Source: Candidatus Cloacimonadota bacterium
Lineage (GTDB): Bacteria; Cloacimonadota; Cloacimonadia; JGIOTU-2
Direction of reading: 5' to 3'
Assembly: GCA_049903315.1 (NCBI GenBank)
Contig: JBNGBT010000003.1
Span: 96,001-160,000, forward strand
Length of the DNA: 64,000 nt
Shown here piece by piece: positions 58,469 to 64,000 of the stretch; within the stretch, counting starts at the first letter, position 1, and every line of letters begins with the position of its first letter. A program made the position numbers and the translations under genes. The notes below the pieces were generated by a model. The model was not told where the DNA came from. It ran no database searches and saw only the letters and a program-made list of their open reading frames with translations.

Positions 58469-58779
58469 TCAGTCCTGTTTAAAAAATAAATCACTAATTG
58501 TTGCCGAAAAATTTATTTGAAATATTTCCATTTCTTTTTCACCTCAGTTTTTCCAATCATGGCATGTGTACGTTATGTAGAAAATTATATCACATGCGTC
58601 AAGAATTTTTATTGGTCATATTCTATGACATATATCCTATTCATAATAAGTGCTCTTCTTTTTTTAGTTTTTCATGAAAATATGTTTAGAAACAAAATCA
58701 TCCAGATTACGTAATGCTGTTCGATCAGAGATATTGCTAAGCCTTTGATATCTTGAGTTACATCAAATTTCCTAAAATA

Positions 58780-59901
58780 TTATAGAAATTCATAATGCAA
58801 TGGTTTATTATTTAAATCAATCTTAGAAAGCACCTCCTCTCTTTCACTATTCTCCATTTTATTAAAATTGTACAGCAGCTTATTTATAACATGATTTCTA
58901 CACTGTAGTTGACATTCATCATAATTACAACTTTTAATTATCTCCTTCCTAGCAGATGATGATAAGATTTCTTTCAAAGAGCTTTTATTTAGATTGCCAA
59001 TTAGAAAATTCTTATTGCCAATATGAGTACAACAGAAGTAAACATTAAAATCATGACCGATAGAAGCAGTAAAATTGCCACCTGGGCAACCAGTATATTG
59101 CTTATAAACTTTATTTAAATAATATTCATTAAATTTATTAATATTTGGAACAACATTAAAAGTAGAGTTACTATAACATCTTTTTAGATGTTCCAAAAAA
59201 GATTTTTGTTTTTGATAAAATGAATAGTTGGGTTTGAACGGTTCATTGGGTACATTATCAACTGGTCTTATTTGTAAAAAATCAATACCCAATTTTGAAA
59301 AGATCTTAACTGTATTTTCAATATCCTTCCTTGTTTGGTCGTACCATACAATGTGCAGTCCTATTAGTATTGATGATTTTTGTTGCTTTTTCATATCAAC
59401 TATTTTTTCAATGTTTCTTAGTATTTTAGGCAAATCTATTTTCCCAGGTTTTCTAATTTGTTTAAATACTTCAGGATTAACCGAATCAAGGCTTATCCTA
59501 CAAAATTTTGCATTATTAATAATAGCCCGGGTATTGTCTTCTGAAAAATTTGATCCATTAGTTAAGACACCAACAGACAACCCCTTTTTCTTAGCATGGG
59601 TAATTGCATAAGGTAGCCAAGGATTTAATAGTGGTTCACCTCCACCAGTAAAAGTTATTGCCATAGATATTTCAGCGATTTGATTTATCACAGAGGTTAT
59701 TTGAGCCCTACTCAGGCTGGCTTTACTCTGGAATGGCTTGCTACAACAATATACACAGTTTTGATTACAAAATCCCGTCAGGGATATTTCAAAAACAATA
59801 GGGTATACTAATTCATTATTCAAGAACTTTCTCAATCTATCAGTATGATAAAATATTTTTTCTTGAGAAAATTGATTTTTCGATAATCTAACTTCTTCCA
59901 T
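58780..59901 (-). CDS. Radical SAM protein with C-terminal SPASM/twitch-like Cys cluster
   Basis: CNQNCVYC, TGGGEPL, LTNG, RISLDS; C-terminal CPGG...YFCC...IGNL...C...CQLQC. Confidence 0.88.
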   Translation of the reverse strand: MEEVRLSKNQFSQEKIFYHTDRLRKFLNNELVYPIVFEISLTGFCNQNCVYCCSKPFQSKASLSRAQITSVINQIAEISMAITFTGGGEPLLNPWLPYAITHAKKKGLSVGVLTNGSNFSEDNTRAIINNAKFCRISLDSVNPEVFKQIRKPGKIDLPKILRNIEKIVDMKKQQKSSILIGLHIVWYDQTRKDIENTVKIFSKLGIDFLQIRPVDNVPNEPFKPNYSFYQKQKSFLEHLKRCYSNSTFNVVPNINKFNEYYLNKVYKQYTGCPGGNFTASIGHDFNVYFCCTHIGNKNFLIGNLNKSSLKEILSSSARKEIIKSCNYDECQLQCRNHVINKLLYNFNKMENSEREEVLSKIDLNNKPLHYEFL

Positions 59902-60565
59902 TCGTCTCTATTTTCCAACTATTATCAATTGCTTTGTTTGCTTTCATATCATATTTTATAGTATAAAATCTATGTAGTAAAAGAATAATAATGGGCGGAA
60001 AAGATAATATATATATATATAAATCTTTAAAACTAATAGTATTTAATAAAAAATATGATAATATAATTAGTAAAACATATATATATAAAATGATAGTAAA
60101 TAATATAAAGAAGTTCAATATGGTACCCATTCCAACCTTTGTCGCTAATTTATTTGCATAAAAAAAATTTTCAATTTTATCAGTAGATACTTCATTTATT
60201 TCTAAGATAACACGCCGCAGAAAATTCATTCTGCTAATGTATAGCCTGTGAGTATAATTACCTCTTACATTATAAAAGTAAACACATGATGCAAATCCTA
60301 TTAAAAAAATAACCGTTATAAAAAAAATGGGGAAAATAATGTTATTTGTTTGAATTACATCTTTACTATTTAAAATATCTTCAATCTTACTAAATTGATT
60401 TGCTAAAAAAAATAGAGATGCAGATAATATTGCCGCTACTAAGGCTGTGTAAATCTGAACTATAAATTGTATCTTTTTATCTGTTGATTCTAATTTGGCT
60501 GATGTATCCTTGAAATCTTCAATTAAAAAATCTATAATACCTTGCCCAGTATCTGTTCTATTCAT
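59888..60565 (-). CDS. Hypothetical 4-TM membrane protein
   Basis: GGAGG RBS before ATG 60565; four hydrophobic helices; overlaps the radical SAM start by 14 bp. Confidence 0.75.
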   Translation of the reverse strand: MNRTDTGQGIIDFLIEDFKDTSAKLESTDKKIQFIVQIYTALVAAILSASLFFLANQFSKIEDILNSKDVIQTNNIIFPIFFITVIFLIGFASCVYFYNVRGNYTHRLYISRMNFLRRVILEINEVSTDKIENFFYANKLATKVGMGTILNFFILFTIILYIYVLLIILSYFLLNTISFKDLYIYILSFPPIIILLLHRFYTIKYDMKANKAIDNSWKIETNGRS

Positions 60566-60740
60566 TGTATCCTCCATTTTTTATCGCTATTGTACAATAA
60601 ATTTGAATGATAAAACATTTTTCATCTTAATTATTCCAATCATTGCATATAGAGAGTTTTTATAAAATCATATCACATACGTCAAGAATTTTTTTAGCAA
60701 AGAGAAACTTGAAATTTGAAATTCGAAATTGGAAATAAGT

Positions 60741-61547
60741 TCAGTTGTTGTCTTTACAATACTTTTCAGTATATTTTTTTGCTGTCTGTTCAACCCACTT
60801 TCGTGAAGGATCGCACACAATCATGAGAACAGGAAATAGCAATATCGAAAGCCCTGCGAGTATTTTGCTGAATGTGTTTGAAGCATAATCCGAGAACGGA
60901 TTGTAACCACGCGTATATAGGAAAAGGAAAATGAGGAAAAGCGAAACACCCAGCAGGATCCTCCTCATGTGAATTGTTCTGATGGGCGCCAGGACATAAA
61001 ATTTGATGATCACTTTTCGAAACAATGTGTAAAGGCAGAAGGTAACCATGATCGACCCGGGTATAAAAACCAGCCATGGTGAAATGTTCAAACCGTGTAC
61101 AAATCTCCCGATATCTCCCCACTTCGTGAACGTATCCAAAGGGATGTAACCGAAAATCGCCATCATGTTCAGCACACATGACCAGAACAAAATGCAAAGA
61201 ATCCACAATGAGCGCATTGCGAATCTTTTGGTAAAGAGAAATAATGACAGAAAGAACAGCACTGTGTTCACAGTAAAACCGCTGATGCCTATGAGTGCTG
61301 CCTGGATGCCGTGCCCGGCTTTGAGTATACTGTCGTATGGAACAGCTTCGTCGCAATTAAGGACCAACCAGCCGCCATAATGAATGTCGAAAGGACTGCT
61401 TTTATATCCTAATATCCAGGAAGTTAAGCCATGTCCCCATTCGTGGAAAAGGACAACAACGTAATACATAAGCGGCAAAGTGAGTGCCAAAGCAAGAAAA
61501 ACAATCAGGGGATTCCGTTCTTTTATTTCCAAAATTGAGTCTATCAT
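60741..61547 (-). CDS. Membrane protein with HExxH motif (M50-like zinc metalloprotease)
   Basis: FHEWGHG in a TM segment; GD..RF motif; multiple TMs. Confidence 0.65.
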   Translation of the reverse strand: MIDSILEIKERNPLIVFLALALTLPLMYYVVVLFHEWGHGLTSWILGYKSSPFDIHYGGWLVLNCDEAVPYDSILKAGHGIQAALIGISGFTVNTVLFFLSLFLFTKRFAMRSLWILCILFWSCVLNMMAIFGYIPLDTFTKWGDIGRFVHGLNISPWLVFIPGSIMVTFCLYTLFRKVIIKFYVLAPIRTIHMRRILLGVSLFLIFLFLYTRGYNPFSDYASNTFSKILAGLSILLFPVLMIVCDPSRKWVEQTAKKYTEKYCKDNN

Positions 61548-61717
61548 GTGCACACCCGATTCATTTTTTTATTCATAACAATTAGCATTGCTGTTCTTCT
61601 TCAGAGTTGCTTCTTATGCGTTAAGAATTTTTATAAAGAGAAATTTGAAACTTGAAATTCGAAACTGGAGAGAGGATTGAAAGGAATCAGGTTATTCTAA
61701 AATTATGTCCCGATATG

Positions 61718-63166
61718 TTACATCAATCCAAGGGCTTTTGCAATGCCGTCACCGTAGGCGGTATCAGCTTTTCGGAAATGGACGACCATCTTTTGCTGGA
61801 TTTCTTTTGGAACTTTCTTCAGGGTACCGGTAATATTGTCAATCAGCTCCTTCTGCTGCTTTGGGGACATCAATCTGTAGAGATTGCCGGGCTGCTTGTA
61901 ATCATCATCCACACCACGCTTTTGCTCGTAGCGGTCAGCGTCACCGGAAATCTTCAGCGGCGGTTCGTTATATGCGTGGTCTTCTGTAGGACCGCCGAAG
62001 CTGTTCGGCTCGTAGTTCGGACCAGGTCCGCCATTGTCATCAAACCGCATGTGCCCATCCCGCTGGTAGGGATTCTCTACTTTTGTTGCATGGGGTGCGT
62101 TCACAGGCAGGCGTTCGTAGTTGACGCCCAAACGGTAGCGGTGAGCATCCGCATATGAGAAGATGCGCGCCTGCAGCATTTTGCATGGAGAGAAGGATAT
62201 TCCCGGCACTACATTCGCCGGTGAGAAGGCAGCTTGCTCGATTTCTGCAAAGTAGTTTTCGGGATTTCGGTTCATTTCCATTACGCCAACTTCGATAAGG
62301 GGATAGTCGCCATGGGGCCACACCTTGGTAAGATCAAAGGGATTCCATTTGTAATTTTTGGCTTCCTCTTCGGGCATGATCTGGACGTATAAGGTCCACT
62401 TCGGGTACTCGCCGCGCTCGATTGCATCGAACAATTGGATTGTGTGATAGTCCGGACTTTCTCCTGCAATTCTGCTGGCTTCTTTCGGTGGTAGGCACTG
62501 GATTCCCTGCTGGGTCTTAAAATGAAACTTAACCCAGAACCTCTCATTCTTGGCATTGATGAAGCTGAATGTATGGCTTCCGTAGCCGTTCATGTAGGGA
62601 ATGCCTTTTGGTATTCCTCGCTCTGAGAACAGAATGGTTACCTGGTGCAGTGATTCCGGAACTTGGGACCAGAAATCCCATTGCATTGTGTCGTTCTTGG
62701 CGTTTGTTTGAGGATCGCGTTTCTGGGTGTGGATGAAATCAGGAAATTTGATGGCATCCCGGATGAAAAATACCGGCGTGTTGTTTCCGACCAGATCCCA
62801 GTTCCCTTCTTCTGTGTAAAATTTCAGTGCAAAGCCGCGAACATCCCTCACTGTGTCTGCAGATCCTTTCTCACCTGCTACGGTAGAAAATCGTCCCAAA
62901 ACCTCAGTCTTCTTGCCGACTTCTGAGAAAATTTTTGCTTTCGTGTATTTGGTGATATCGTGAGTTACGGTGAAAGTTCCATGCGCCCCAGCCGCTTTAG
63001 CGTGTACGACGCGTTCGGGAATTCGCTCGCGGTTGAAGTGTGCCAGTTTTTCCAGCAGATAATGGTCCTGCAGGAGTGTGGGACCGCGTTTTCCGGCTGT
63101 CAGGGATGTCTGGTTGTCAGGAACGGGAATCCCGGCAGCAGTTGTGAGTATCTTTTTTTTACCCAT
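61718..63166 (-). CDS. katA: Monofunctional heme catalase (small subunit)
   Basis: [42 protein letters not shown]; start refined to 63166. Confidence 0.96.
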   Translation of the reverse strand: MGKKKILTTAAGIPVPDNQTSLTAGKRGPTLLQDHYLLEKLAHFNRERIPERVVHAKAAGAHGTFTVTHDITKYTKAKIFSEVGKKTEVLGRFSTVAGEKGSADTVRDVRGFALKFYTEEGNWDLVGNNTPVFFIRDAIKFPDFIHTQKRDPQTNAKNDTMQWDFWSQVPESLHQVTILFSERGIPKGIPYMNGYGSHTFSFINAKNERFWVKFHFKTQQGIQCLPPKEASRIAGESPDYHTIQLFDAIERGEYPKWTLYVQIMPEEEAKNYKWNPFDLTKVWPHGDYPLIEVGVMEMNRNPENYFAEIEQAAFSPANVVPGISFSPCKMLQARIFSYADAHRYRLGVNYERLPVNAPHATKVENPYQRDGHMRFDDNGGPGPNYEPNSFGGPTEDHAYNEPPLKISGDADRYEQKRGVDDDYKQPGNLYRLMSPKQQKELIDNITGTLKKVPKEIQQKMVVHFRKADTAYGDGIAKALGLM

Positions 63167-63331
63167 GTGTTCTCCTTTTATTGGTTTTAACGTTTTCATC
63201 TTTATAAGCCTACAATATTTTTCTACTCTCAGTATATTTTAAGTCAATATATTTTTTGGAAAGAAGTAGGATGGTGTAGAGTGATACTCTTAATTTAATA
63301 TTTGAAATTTAAAATTGGTTGAAGGATTGTC

Positions 63332-63901
63332 TTACAGTTTTACTATCCACATCAACTCTATCTCGTTAGGAAATTCTTTGTAGGCAAATCTATTTATTTT
63401 TTCTAGCCGGCATCCCTGCTTTTGGTAAAATTTACATGCAGATACGTTAATATTTTGAGTTTCAATTTTAAGTTCTGTACACTTCCTGCCTTTTGACCAT
63501 TTAATTGCTGATTCGAATAACTTTTTACCAATCCCTTTTCTGCGGAAATCCGGGTGGACTCGCAAATCCCACAAAACAGCAATATCGTCCTGCCCTTCGA
63601 GCTTATGCACGCCATCAGTATTGTAGGCAAGTACACACCCGCCGATCCAGCGTTCGTCCATGTGTGCAACGAGCATTCCCCAGTTGGAAATATCCCATTG
63701 CTCAGCCCATCGAACAGGTTCCTCACCTTTTATCGCATCTTAATTTTTAATCCAAGGTTCAGCTACATGTTTCTCAATGAGTTTCGCAGTAGCAGGATCT
63801 TTTCCACAGACTTCGTACACACTTTTCACCTCGAAACGGATCGGAATTTTTCCGTATTCGGAGAGCATGCTCATAGGCTTTTCATCAATTTTGATATTCA
63901 T
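63332..63901 (-). pseudogene. GNAT acetyltransferase (streptothricin-acetyltransferase-like) with an in-frame TAA
   Basis: From ATG 63901: MNIKIDEKP...EPWIKN*DAIKGEEPVRW...LWDLRVHPDFRRKGIG...IETQNINVSACKFY; stop at 63740-63742. Confidence 0.8.
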
Positions 63902-63919
63902 GTTGGTTTCTTATGCAGA

Positions 63920-64000
63920 TTACATCACTTCTTCCAGTGGTCTACCAGCAATATACCACCTGTTCCGATATTCTCCGGTGGATTTTCTTTTATCTGTACT
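63920..64000 (-). CDS. 3' end of an unidentified CDS entering from the right edge
   Basis: Open frame STDKRKSTGEYRNRWYIAGRPLEEVM* ending at 63920. Confidence 0.45.
   Translation of the reverse strand, partial: STDKRKSTGEYRNRWYIAGRPLEEVM

Larger units (their letters stand above)
55990..60693. other. AT-rich accessory island, probably horizontally acquired
   Basis: Visibly much lower GC than the flanks (judged by eye); six orphan-like genes; no integrase in the window. Confidence 0.75.

Noticed and set aside
58517..58714. 65-aa plus-strand ORF in the island
   Set aside because: No RBS or motif, and it overlaps the leader repeat on the opposite strand.
58780..59901. Prokaryotic viperin or RiPP maturase
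   Set aside because: It lacks the viperin-like N(Y/F/W)H...CNY.C.(F/Y)C context and carries a C-terminal Cys cluster; no precursor peptide or RRE domain is evident nearby.
55990..63330. Classical integron cassette array
   Set aside because: No convincing RYYYAAC...GTTRRRY attC hairpins and no intI in the window.

Overview
This 64-kb window looks like chromosome from an anaerobic diderm bacterium. The FlgD-Ig/T9SS-like C-terminal sorting domains and the gene content suggest Cloacimonadota or a related FCB-group lineage (inference). All annotation is by manual motif recognition, with no database searches. (1) 1-12073 is one minus-strand cluster: sucCD, class I fumarase alpha/beta, a four-subunit 2-oxoacid:ferredoxin oxidoreductase, hdrCBA, mvhD, and an Sdh/Frd-type Fe-S subunit and flavoprotein (cut off at the left edge). 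This is the strongest candidate for an unusual system: a soluble, possibly electron-bifurcating Hdr-fumarate reductase/succinate dehydrogenase complex coupled to Kor ferredoxin. (2) 12-42 kb holds secreted peptidases and beta-propeller proteins with C-terminal sorting domains, TolC/MFP, malic enzyme, FadL, methylmalonyl-CoA epimerase, an AMP-forming acyl synthetase and a Pat-like acetyltransferase/deacetylase pair. (3) 42-56 kb is largely housekeeping (rqcH, miaB, metG, gpmA, class I aldolase, SPFH). (4) 56-64 kb is an accessory stack containing an AT-rich island. The island has a HEPN/Abi_C-like three-gene operon and a 4TM-protein plus radical SAM pair, both candidate anti-phage systems, and adjacent units share homologous 5' leader repeats. 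After the island come a HExxH membrane protein, catalase and a nonsense-disrupted GNAT. Several intergenic regions hold decayed elements bounded by heptamer or nonamer repeats, one with a clear four-helix-bundle pseudogene. No rRNA, tRNA, CRISPR array, integrase or transposase was recognised.
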